DNA of 64,000 nt from Octopus vulgaris. Taxonomy: Eukaryota. The position numbers and the translations under genes were made by a program. The notes below the pieces were generated by a model that did no database searches, was not told the DNA's origin, and saw only the letters and a list, made by a program, of their open reading frames with translations. Location: positions 43,090,001-43,154,000 of the forward strand of contig OX597831.1 in assembly GCA_951406725.2 (NCBI GenBank), written 5' to 3'. Below, piece by piece: positions 53,171-64,000 of the stretch (the first letter of the stretch is position 1; each line of letters starts with the position of its first letter).

Positions 53171-53401
53171 CTAATGAAGAATTTATCAAGATACTCGGAG
53201 TTTCAATCAGAAATCATGACCTGCAGAGAATACACAACGTCAGTGTGGAAGACTGTCTTGATAAATGCAGGACTTTGTCATACTGTAATGTGATGGAATA
53301 CAAAAAGCAGCATAACAAATGTGATTTATCCAACGTAACCTACTCAAAATATCCGATCAGCGTGAACTACTTTGGTTGGGACTTCTATCAGAAAAATCCG
53401 A
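53171..53401 (+). CDS. Exon 4: PAN/apple domain 2
   Basis: Acceptor tttttttcattattccag|, donor A|GTACGT, 231 nt, phase 1-1; VSVEDCLDKCRTLSYCNVMEY...KCDLS...WDFYQ. Confidence 0.9.
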
Positions 53402-53699
53402 GTACGTGGCCCACATTCCTTTAAAATTATAATTTAGCTTATTATACCACCTGAAGGCGCCTGACCTAGTAGTTAGAGGTGTTGCTTTTACGATCGCAAG
53501 TTCGTGGGTTCAATTCCCCGACCGGGCTGTGAGCTGTATTTTCGAGCAAAACACTTCATTTCACATTGCTCTTGTAACGTTCTCTAGTTGTAAATGAGTT
53601 ACTCAGCGCTAGACTTGGAGTGGTGTGGCTTTCATCACTTACACGCCATGGATACTGAGTGACAAGCTCTATGAATCCTATAACTCGAGACAGTAATGT

Positions 53700-53980
53700 C
53701 CAGAGGAGCCTACATATCATGAGAGAGGAGCATAACTCACTACGCTTGCTTTGCTTACGTTGTGACTGCCCGTCAAAAGTGATGACAGCGTCAACACGTG
53801 ACGTTCATTCTTCTCGGCGTGACTGAAAGATCAATACGAGATAGGCAGATCCTACGGCATTGAGGACACTGAAAGTGATCCCGAACAACTGCAGTGGGGT
53901 TGATGACGACGCTTCTTCCTCCCTCATATATTTTCTCGCATTCAAAGCGTTCTACTCTAGAGTAAGACATGGGCTTCATG
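53700..53980 (-). mobile_element. RTE-clade LINE 3' end relic
   Basis: FQCPQCRRICLSRIDL.SH.R resembles the RTE C-terminal CxxC...SRIGLxSH motif. Confidence 0.55.
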
Positions 53981-54123
53981 CTTTTCGATCGTTTCCTCGG
54001 TAAGAAATAACAGCCTAATCTCCCTTAAGTTACACCTCAGCGTCCGAAAATAAAAACAGAGCACACATTTGATACTGTAGTCCGAGATACCCCCTCCCCT
54101 CTCTCTCTCTCTCTCTCTCTCTC

Positions 54124-54171
<48 letters not shown>

Positions 54172-54407
54172 AATAAGTAACAAGGCTATCCAGAACAGTA
54201 CGATCGTTTCATGCGACTCCATTTAAATGAACAATGCAATCATTTCATTACAGCAATTTAAAATGTAGAGCAATCTTCAGCTGCACAAAGACATAGAATT
54301 TAATTAAATTTAATTAAATTAGGACACATTAGTATAATTTTACCCAAAATCTCCAAGAGGACAAGGAGATAGACAAAGAACATGTTTTACCAACAACATT
54401 ACAGTTG

Positions 54408-54458
<51 letters not shown>

Positions 54459-54607
54459 CACACGCAAAAGACAGAATGGCCATGAATGGCATGTCTTTGT
54501 TCATAATTTGAGTAAATTAGCTGATGATCTGAAGCTAAACTAGAACAATACTAACAAATCCAACATTAAGACTTACTCATAAAGATTTTTCTTTTGAACT
54601 TTTCCAG

Positions 54608-54721
54608 CATTTTGCGACTTGAAATGTGGACCTATGGAACGATGCAAAATTGAAAACTCCCAGAAAAAGTGTGTCTGCTACCCGGGATGTATTAAACTAC
54701 CCAGCGGAAAAGGATGCTATG
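54608..54721 (+). CDS. Exon 5: EGF-like domain
   Basis: Acceptor cttttgaacttttccag|, donor G|GTAAAG, 114 nt, phase 1-1; FCDLKCGPMERCKIENSQKKCVCYPGCIKLPSGKGCY (C-x3-C-x5-C-x8-C-x-C-x12-C). Not in the ORF track. Confidence 0.85.
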
Positions 54722-54795
54722 GTAAAGCACCATTACGTTGCCATTTGAAGTTTTTATAATTTCCATTTTTACAAATTTCTCATTTTTCTGTTTTA

Positions 54796-54843
<48 letters not shown>

Positions 54844-55478
54844 GCACGCGCGCATACTCATGCAAACATGTGTCTAGGTAGAGAGAAAGAGATGTATACT
54901 TTTGTATGTTTAAGCATACATACACACATAGACACATACAAACAGACAGACATGATGAAATTGGGTTTTTAATAAGGCAAACAAATTATATAGACTGTTA
55001 CAATAATTAGACAGTGACAAATTATATATAAATGGATAAATATTTCTTTCAAAGAAAGGTTTTCCTTAATACATTAAAAAGAACGGGGTCATTTTATCTT
55101 GAGGATATAATATATGACTGACGATTTCATTTCTTTTCTTGTTTTGCTTTGGTGAAACAAAAACAAATTATTTAATATTAAGAAAAAACAAATGAACAAA
55201 CAAACCGTATAAACAAGCATAGAAATAATTAAGAAATATTTGAATAAACATGTATTCTAAACAGAAAAATCAAGGACGTTCAGAGTTCGTCTGGTTTCTG
55301 TTTGTGATTGGTGAGTGAAACGGTGACAGTACACATACACACAAATTAAAATGTGTGGTTAGAAATGAATAGATGAATAAATTAAGAAGTCTACTTGCTT
55401 GTTGAAAAGGTCAAGTGATGGTACGCAGGTCACCTAGTTTAGAAAGACACAAAAATAGAAACGTGGAAAATATATATA

Positions 55479-55999
55479 CCGTAAATCCTCGAGTATAGTC
55501 CGCCCTTGAGTATAACACACAGGGGTTTTTTAGGGGTTGTACCTCTGAAAAACCTAAACCTAGTGTATAATACGCACCCCTTCTCTAACTTGAGTCGTGC
55601 GGAATTAAGCCAGCAGAACCTAGTCGAACAAACACTTCCGCGCATGCGTAATATAATAATGGTGATGTTCTTAACTGTTATATGGGAATGTAAATATGTT
55701 TGCGAATTGTTTTTGTTTCATGTTATTCTGTGTTTTGAATACTTTTATTTTAATAAATATTGCTTACTGCAAGTTATGGATGATTCTTTTATGACTTCAT
55801 TGCTTTCAGGCTTAGCTTAAGGTATTTTCGCGCCCGACATCACAAAATGCGTCTGAATAAACATTGCCGGACAGCAAATAGAGACTCGGACATTACTTAG
55901 AAAATATCTTTCATTTTTAACCTCGTATATAGTACGCACTAGGGATTTTGACCTTTAAATTTTGGGGGGAAAATGCGGATTATCCTCGAGGATTTACGA
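55479..55999. mobile_element. pogo/Tigger-like MITE
   Basis: TA|CCGTAAATCCTCGAGTATAGTCCGC ... GCGGATTATCCTCGAGGATTTACGA|TA. Confidence 0.8.
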
Positions 56000-56617
56000 T
56001 ACTTTATTTTGTACATATCTTCAATCCTTCCAAGGCAGTAACACCAATTTTTCTTCGTATCTTCACTCTTAAATGAAGCGGAAAGCACTCCTCATGACAA
56101 ATGAGCTTCATTCGTTTTTAACATCCCTGTCCATTTAATACTGATGTATTAATTAGTGTCAATCTTAACCTCTCGAGAAACGTCGAGCGAGACACAATAG
56201 ATAGAAACACAGCTGAGAGAAAATCAATTTACCGAAGTAATAGTTGTCCTAAACAATTAATCAAATGATAGCAAAATATTTGAAATATTGAAAATAAGTT
56301 AAAAGAGAATGGTTATATCGTCATTTTATTAAAATATTTGTTCAAAGCAACTGTTACTTCTCTCGATGGTTTCTTTTTTCCTTCAACTGTTTTCGATGAC
56401 AAGTTTTTCGAAAAACTGCTTTCGATCAATTTCGATCAAAGTATTTATCATTTTATAGATCAATGTTGGAAAATTTATGACACGCATTTAAATTTTTTTT
56501 AAATGACACAGCATGAGTTTTTCAACAACGCGTAATTTCCCTGCAATTTTATGCAAGAAAAAACTTAGCCCTAAGCTATAACACCTACATACATACATAC
56601 ATACATACATACATACA

Positions 56618-56648
<31 letters not shown>

Positions 56649-57096
56649 GTGTATACATACATATACACATACATTCATATGTGGGGGGGGGCGCACACGC
56701 GTGTGTAAGTGATACACCAATAATTTGATTATTAAAGAAAGTAAAATTCAAACTGTTCGATAAATGTAATAATTGTAAAACTTATTTTCTAAAACTATAT
56801 AGAATTTTCTTTGAAAATACCAAAAGTTAGAAAGATTGCCCGCGTATTTAAATTATCCAATGTATTTGTTTCCCTGTATAAGAGAGATAATTTTAATCAC
56901 CATGTGGCACACATATGATTCTGATGCATGTACCTGGTGTACCCTTATCAGACGGATAGTTATGGTAGGTATACTAGGCTTTGTAAATTTTACCCTAGTG
57001 TCACTTTGATGGCATGCACTGCTCTCTCACTCAATAATAATAATAATAATAATGATAATAATAATAATAATAATAACAAACTTGTTTCTGTTACAG

Positions 57097-57359
57097 AAAA
57101 ACCGCCTCTCAAATGCAACAACTGCAAATGTTCGGCATCTGGAGATCCTCACTATCGAACCTTTGACGGCCAACTGATCCACTTTATGGGAACGTGCAAA
57201 TATACTTTGGCAAGATCTCTGCAATCCAAAGGCGCTGGATTTTTCAATGTTGAAGTGAAGAACGAAAATAGGGGTAACGCGAAAGTGTCCTATACCCGTA
57301 TGGTTGACATTATTCTGGAAGGTGTCCGTATCCGTTTATTGCCAAAACTCAAAATAAGG
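57097..57359 (+). CDS. Exon 6: N-terminal half of a von Willebrand factor type D domain
   Basis: Acceptor cttgtttctgttacag|, donor AGG|GTAAGT, phase 1-0; CSASGDPHYRTFDG...HFMGTCKYTL...FNVEVKNENRG...VSYTR is typical of FCGBP-type VWD domains. Confidence 0.95.
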
Positions 57360-57475
57360 GTAAGTGAAATGAAGATTTCTTTCAGTGATACTTGATATTA
57401 CAATTAAATGTTTCGTTTAAAATGGCTGATAGGTAGGCAGAATAGGATAACGATTCGCCAACAACTACAGCAACA

Positions 57476-57506
<31 letters not shown>

Positions 57507-58759
57507 TGTATGTATGTATGTATGTATGTATGTATGTATGTATGTGTGTGTGTATGTATGTGTGTATGTATGTGTGTATGTATGTATGTATGTTTGTATT
57601 TGCAGATTTGTATGTTTTGTTTTATGTATGCATTCTCATACATATAGTTGCATATCTAGACATGCTCATATATATATTTAAATGATAAACTTCTGGAAAG
57701 TTTTACAGATTTTTACAGTTCCAGTGACGGATTGGATCTGTAGTCTTCAAATTAGCTTTCACCTTTCAGATTTTGTGAAGCCTAATTTTTCAAGATTGTT
57801 AATTAGGCAGTGTGTTACATATCCCAGAACCCCGTATGTATGTATGTATGTATGTATGTATGTATGTATGTATGTATGTATGTATGTATGTATGCATGTA
57901 TATCACTCTTAGTGCTTCTGGTAACAGGTAACCTAGTACAACTTGTCGCATCGTTGGGCCGCCTAAACCAGCAACACTATGTAGCCTGCTTGGTAAGAAG
58001 GGTGGTTTTCGTTGGACACCCAGCAGGATTAAAAACAACACCAGTCAAAGACGGTTGAATTCAGTAGGATTAACAGCTAGCCAACAGCTGCGAGTGAGAG
58101 TCCTCTAGTCTTTGTTTAAACATCTCTCGGGGAGAACAAAATTCCGAAATAACACCTGCCACGCTACAAAGCGGGAGATCTTGCTTGTTTCTAAACTCAT
58201 TGGCTTTGTATCTGATAATCTTGGCGGTGTTGTACAAACTGTTACTGACTTCAAATATTTGTAGGAGTATTGCTGACAGCCACTGTCTGGCCATATTCGT
58301 TTACGAGTTGACAGCCACCATATATGGATATACTTAAATGATAAACTTCTGGAAAGTTTTACAGATTTTTACAACTTCAGTGATGGATTGGATCTGTAGA
58401 CTTCGAATCAGCTTTTTCCCCTTTCTGGTTTTGAGAAGTCTAATTTCTAATTAGGCAGTGTGTTAGATATCCCAGTGTCCCAGTAATTACTGGTATAAAC
58501 CTGAATTTGTAATCTGGACCGCTGAAGTCTACAAGTTTTTTTCATTCCCTCTTTTACTCTCTCACTCTTTTACTTGTTTCAGTCGTTTGACTGTGGCCAT
58601 GCTGGAGCACCGCCTTTAGTCGAGCAACCGACTCCAGGACTTATTCTTTGTAAGCCTAATACTTAGTCTATCGGTCTTTTTTTGCCGAACCGCTAAGTTA
58701 CGGGGACGTAAACACATCAGCATCGGTTGTCAAGCGATATACACACACACATACATACA

Positions 58760-58799
<40 letters not shown>

Positions 58800-59073
58800 C
58801 ATATATACGACGGGCTTCTTTCAGTTTCCGTCTACCAAATCCACTCACAAGGTTTTGGTCGGCCCGAGGCTATAGTAGAAGACACTTGTCCAAGATGCCA
58901 CGCAGTAGACTGAACCCAGGACCATGTGGTTGGCAAGCAAGCTACTTACCACACACCCACTCCTACGCCTGTCTATTTAAATACGATTAAAATTTAATTA
59001 TTTTATTTATTATCTTGGAGGTGGAGGCAGTTGGTCCACTAAACTGTAAATAAACCATTACGATGCCTTTCAG

Positions 59074-59387
59074 GTCAATAACCGCAATGTAGAAGCACCA
59101 GTGAGGAACAAGAAACTCGGTTTCACCATCAGGCTTTCCAACCGTTGGATCCACGTAGAGACCAGCTTCAATCTACGCGTATCATTTGACGGCAAACACA
59201 GAGTCAGGGTTAGCATACCTCGAAAAACTTTCGGAGGACGAATGACTGGGTTATGCGGCGACTGCAATGGACACAGGGACGATCTGAGGACTAGCAACGG
59301 AACTGTTGTGGTACACAAAAAGAACAAGTTTTCCCTTATTGGAGAGAGCTATCGTGTGACAGACGATTCAGATATGCCTAAACTCAG
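59074..59387 (+). CDS. Exon 7: C-terminal half of the VWD domain
   Basis: Acceptor gcctttcag|, donor AG|GTAAGA, phase 0-2; VNN...LRVSFDG...GLCGDCNG..DDL...IGESYRV. Confidence 0.95.
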
Positions 59388-60101
59388 GTAAGATGTAAGC
59401 TGTTACAATGTTAGTAATGCGTGTCGGCTCACACACTCACACACACGGGATGAGTCGATTACTTCGACCCCAGTGTTCAACTGGTGCTTATTTTATCGAC
59501 CCCGAAAGGATGAAAGGCAAAGTCGACCTCGACTAAGTATTTTGTCCGGCGTGCTAACAATTCTGCCAGTTCACCAACTTAATCAATAATATAATAATTA
59601 GACTTACTTTATCACGTTCATTTAAGCTTCTAGCCTCTCTCCTCTCCAGCTTTTTTCCCCCTCTTTTTGTCTTCTAATGTCGCTAAAGCAACGAGCTGGC
59701 AGAAACGTTAGCACGCCGGGCGAAATGCGTAGCCGTATTTCGTCTGCCGTTACGTTCTCAGTTCAAATTCCGCCGAGGTCGACTTTGCCTTTCATCCTTT
59801 CGGGGTTGATTAAATAAGTACCGGTTACGCACTGGGGTCGATGTAATCGACTTAATCTGTTTGTCTGTCCTTGTTTGTCCCCTCAGTGTTTAGCCCCTTG
59901 TGGGTAGTAAAGAAATAGGTATTTCGTCTGTCTTTACGTTCTGAGTTCAAATTTCGCTTTTCATCCTTTCGGGGTCGATAAAATAAGTACCAGTTGCATA
60001 CTGGGGTCGAGCTAATCGACTTCCTCCTCCCCCCAAAATTTCGGGCCTTGTGCCTAGAGGAGAAAAGCATCTCTAATGTTTCTATAATTTTTGCTATTCA
60101 G

Positions 60102-60379
60102 ATGTGAAGAAAAAGATCCTAATCCTGATGGGGAATGTAAACTAAACGGACAAAAGTACTGTGATATTATCCGCAATCCAAGAGGAATGTTTGGGAAATG
60201 CATCGAAAAGCTGGGAGCAACGGATGTCAGAGAATTCTATGAGTCTTGTTTGTACGATTATTGCTTTTATGCCAATTCGACAATCATCGAAAGTATTGTA
60301 TGTGCCTCTCTGGAGAGTTTTGCTGCAGAATGTGAATCGGCTGGTGTCGTCTACAATTGGAGGTTCCTTACCAATTGTC
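60102..60379 (+). CDS. Exon 8: C8 domain
   Basis: Acceptor tttttgctattcag|, donor C|GTGAGT, phase 2-1; YCDII...GMFGKC...FYESCLYDYC...VCASLESFAAEC...WRFLTNC. Confidence 0.95.
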
Positions 60380-60914
60380 GTGAGTGGAATTAGAACTTTC
60401 ATACGTTCCTATTTTATTTCTTTTACTTTTATTTTTGTATCTCAGACATTTTATTTATTTATTTTAATTGTTTCAGTCATTAGACTGCGACCATGCTGGA
60501 GCATCACCTTGAATTTTAGTCCAGCTAATCAACCAAAGGACTTTCTTTTTGAGTCTGGTTCTTATTCTATCGGCTTCTCTTTCCGAACCGCTAGGTTATG
60601 CGGACGTAAACACACCAACACTGGTTGTCAAGCAGTTGCGGGAGACAGACACAAAGACACACGCACGCACACATATATACGACAGGCTTCTTTCGGTTTC
60701 CGTCAAACAAACCCACTCACAAGACTTTGGTCGGCCCGAAGCTATAGAAGACATTCGCACAAAGTGTTATGCGGTGGGACTGAACCGGGAATCATGTGGT
60801 TAGGAAGCAAATTACTTACCACACAGCCATTTTCCGTCTTGCTATTCTATTGGCGTTTTGTTGTTGCAGTTGTTGCTGCTGCTGTTTTTTCTTAGACACT
60901 CCTATTTTAAAAGG

Positions 60915-61303
60915 AACAAGAGCATTCAGTGGGCGAAAACCTCCAGCAAGGCAACACCAACCTCCTCTCAACAATTAGCCAGAGTTTATTTTTAAAATAA
61001 GAATATCTGGAATAAACTCGACTGCTCTCACAAATGAGAATACAAAAAACGAGCCCCACCGCTCTCAAAAATTAAGTAAAAAAAAAAAACAAAAAAAAAA
61101 CAGGAAAAGTAATTCAGAATCATTGTCCGGTACCGGATCGATCCCATAATCTAATCATTTCGTGCCAGTCATGAGGTCAAACATCCCTGAAAGTTTCATC
61201 CGAATCCATCCAGCGATTCTTGAGATATCTTGTCCACAGACAAACGCACAAACAAACACGACTGAAAACAATACCTCCGCCTTAGCGAAGGAAGAGGTAA
61301 CAA
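60915..61303. mobile_element. HINE/Helentron-associated-like element
   Basis: AACAAGAGCATTCAG...AACCTCC at one end, an ACAA microsatellite and ACCTCCGCC...GAGGTAA hairpin at the other; resembles the DINE-1/HINE architecture. Confidence 0.55.
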
Positions 61304-61587
61304 TGATCGATTAGTTCAGGCAGTGTACAGGCATAGCTGCAGAGTTAACAAACATATTTTCAACCACGGAGTTTGTATTTCAATCCAACTGCGCAGTGCT
61401 TTGGGTTAGTGCTTTCTGCTATAGTCCCAGGATAAAGGTCAATCAACTCTGCCTTTCAAGCTTCCAGGATCGGTAAAATAAAATACCAGTTGAGTGCCAG
61501 GATCGATGGTATCTGCCTGTCCCTCTTCCTTAAATTTGCCGGCGTTGTGTCTGAATCAGAAACTACTTTCAGATATAGTGAACATGC

Positions 61588-61640
<53 letters not shown>

Positions 61641-61681
61641 ATGTATTTATCTATGTGTGTGTGTGTGTGTGTATATATATA

Positions 61682-61906
61682 TTGGGTTGTCGGAAAGTTC
61701 GTGCCGATTTTTAAAGGAAAGGAAAAGGTCAATAAATATTTGCCATTACATTTTTAATCAAACCAAATATGAACTATTTTGTTGCACAATGCGTCTCCAC
61801 CTTTCCTTTAACTTGAAAATACCCTCTTCCCAGAATTGAGGTGTCTGGGAGGGTAAGTCGAAAGGTAAGCTACTATAAATCGGCACGAACTTTCCGGACA
61901 ACCCTA
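61682..61906 (-). mobile_element. Internally deleted mariner element
   Basis: TIRs GGGTTGTC(C)GGAAAGTTCGTGCCGATTT at both ends with TA flanks; the - strand encodes FWEEGIFKLKERWRRIVQQNSSYLV*, a mariner transposase C-terminus. Confidence 0.8.
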
Positions 61907-62267
61907 TATATATCTATATATATATATATTCAAAGAAATTCCAACTCTGTTTTTTATGTTTTATTTATATTCTTTATAATATTAATGTAGAATATAGAAT
62001 ATATAGTATAAAAATATATATATATATATATATATAGTAAAATGAAATGAATTATTGATTGTCTTATTGAATAGATGAAATATTGAATATAAAGCATTAA
62101 AAATTAAGGGACTAGTATACTTTCTTGCATTAAAGCAGTCTTCAAGGTCCCAGGTTGTGACAATGCATGTATGTATTTGTATGTATGCGTGTATGTATGC
62201 ATATCAAATTGTGTCGTGTATCTAAGTGCTTATATGTAAGAGCATATAAAACATGTACTTCATCTAG

Positions 62268-62461
62268 CCATGGATTGCTCGGAAAACATGGAATACAAGT
62301 ACAGAGCTAGTGGATGCCAACCAACATGTGTAGAGGCGAACCCAGATTGTACCAGAACAGAAATTGAAGGATGTGTGTGCAAACCTGGTTACGTCCTCAG
62401 TGGAGAGAAGTGCATTAAACCACATGACTGTGGTTGTACCTACGACGAATTTTACATCAAG
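62268..62461 (+). CDS. Exon 9: TIL domain plus start of the following module; gene probably continues beyond the window
   Basis: Acceptor cttcatctag|, phase 1; PMDCSENMEY...GCQPTC...C...EGCVCKPGYVLSGEKCIKPHDCGC; the 3' end is inferred at AAG|GCAAGC (GC donor), after which the sequence becomes low-complexity pyrimidine-rich. Confidence 0.88.
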
Positions 62462-64000
62462 GCAAGCAGTATTTCTTTCTCTTGTCCATTCTGCTCTGTT
62501 TTCCACTTACGTTTCTCTTTTCTATTTTGCTTTCTCTCCTCCATTCTGCTCTATGTAGCCCACTCTACTCTGCTTTTTACACCTTGCTCTCTCTCTCTCT
62601 GTCTTTATCTGTCAGTCTCTCTCCCTCTCTCAATCTTCCTTCCCCCCCCTCTCTCTCTCTCTCCCTCCTTCTGTCTCATTTCTCATTTACTCATTGCTTC
62701 CTGCTTCCTGCTTTTCACCTTCCTTCCCATACTTTTCCTTTTTCTTTTCGGCTCACTCTGTTCTCTCTTTTCCTCACCCCGTTCTCTTATCAAGCAACCA
62801 CAAAAATTTGAGAGACCTTATACAACCACTAACCCCCAGATTATCCTGATAAGCCAAAGAGCTTCTAACAATTCTTACCGTCAGCCTACAGTCACAGAGT
62901 AAGAGCTGATCGATATAGAGTTGCGAACCTCACCACTCTCACTCACTTTTCATAAAATACTATTTTATTTATAATTTATTAAGATTTGTCCCTTTCAAAA
63001 TGGTTAGTCCACATTACTCCTTAAGAAGCTTAGGGGCAGTTTCCCGGTTTCGCTGGCATATATACTCCTCTCTGGATGGGACACCGGTCCGTTGCAGGGT
63101 GTTACGCACTGGGGTCGATATAATCGACTTAATCCGTTTGTCTGTCCTTGTTTGTCCTCTCTGTGTGTAGCCCCTTGTGGGCAGTAAAGAAATAAGAATA
63201 AGAATTAGGCTTTTTAAAAAAATTAGTGTAGTAAGCCTTTCAAAGAGGTATCCAGTGAATAAAACAAGAAAATGACGAAAACTAAACGATAAAATCTGTG
63301 TTATTACTTTCGCCAATTTCACCTTTGAGTGCAAGGACGGATCAAGACCCGTAGAGGCCCTAAGTACTGAAAAGATTTTGGTGCCCCTGTGTGTAAGTAA
63401 TGCAAAACGTAAACAATAATAAGTCATAAAATAAATTTTTACTTCTCAAAAGGAAACAAAATTAACAGTAAGATGGAAAATAATGTTTATTTTTGTATAC
63501 TTCCACTTTATTTATATTTAAAAAGTACTTGATGAGATCTCCACCCTGACATCATGAGCACTTCGAAATTATATTTTCAATCATATAAATCACTTCGAAT
63601 ATTATTTTACGCCAACCACTTACCCAGCTCCGCCGCGTGACTTTTAGAGTCCCCTTGCAACTCTTTGTTTCGAGGCCCCATTCCTTCAATCAAAATTCAT
63701 AATCTACGCACCTTTTATTCATAGCTATATTTTACTTTATTCTATCTGAACTTTAATATTTCTCGTTATCCTAAAGAACATCTTTAAAAGTACAAGTTAA
63801 ATTCATTTAGGTCCAGATATGAATATAAGAGCTCTTTCATAATCCAGGTAACTTTCAAAGACAAACACTGCGCACTTTTCGATTCGCAAAATCATCGATC
63901 AGTTCAGAATTATCCAGCTGAGGGCTAAGTTCATGTCCAATAGATATCATAGACAATCCACAAAGTTTGGTACATGTTCATGGTACAATATAATATATTT

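Noticed and set aside
60161-60895. 244-aa ORF
   Set aside because: It is an alternate frame of the C8 exon running into an antisense SINE.
62462-62902. Hydrophobic or transmembrane C-terminal tail of the TIL ORF
   Set aside because: It is read-through into CT-rich, intron-like low-complexity DNA.

Overview
AT-rich, repeat-dense eukaryotic (animal) genomic DNA. The tRNA-derived SINE families, Dong/R4 and RTE LINE relics, non-autonomous Helitrons and long microsatellites look like an octopus (coleoid cephalopod) genome; that assignment is an inference. One protein-coding gene is well supported, on the + strand from about 42.2 kb and probably continuing past the right edge. It has 9 exons that splice in phase into 590 codons: signal peptide, RYRR furin-type site, PAN/apple x2, EGF-like, VWD with GDPH, C8 and TIL. 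This is an FCGBP/zonadhesin/mucin-like secreted protein with an unusual N-terminus. Three of its exons are missing from the ORF track, and the last visible exon probably ends at a non-canonical GC donor. There are also three promoter-like patches (about 1.0, 19.5 and 33.85 kb) linked to short, probably non-coding exons. Other structures include a head-to-head Helitron pair carrying a piggyBac transposase fragment and a 116-bp satellite, many foldback/MITE palindromes, a degenerate Penelope-type hammerhead motif and a 1.9-kb higher-order (GGTT)n array. Most ORFs in the supplied track are microsatellite or SINE artefacts. There is no CRISPR array, rRNA or intact tRNA.
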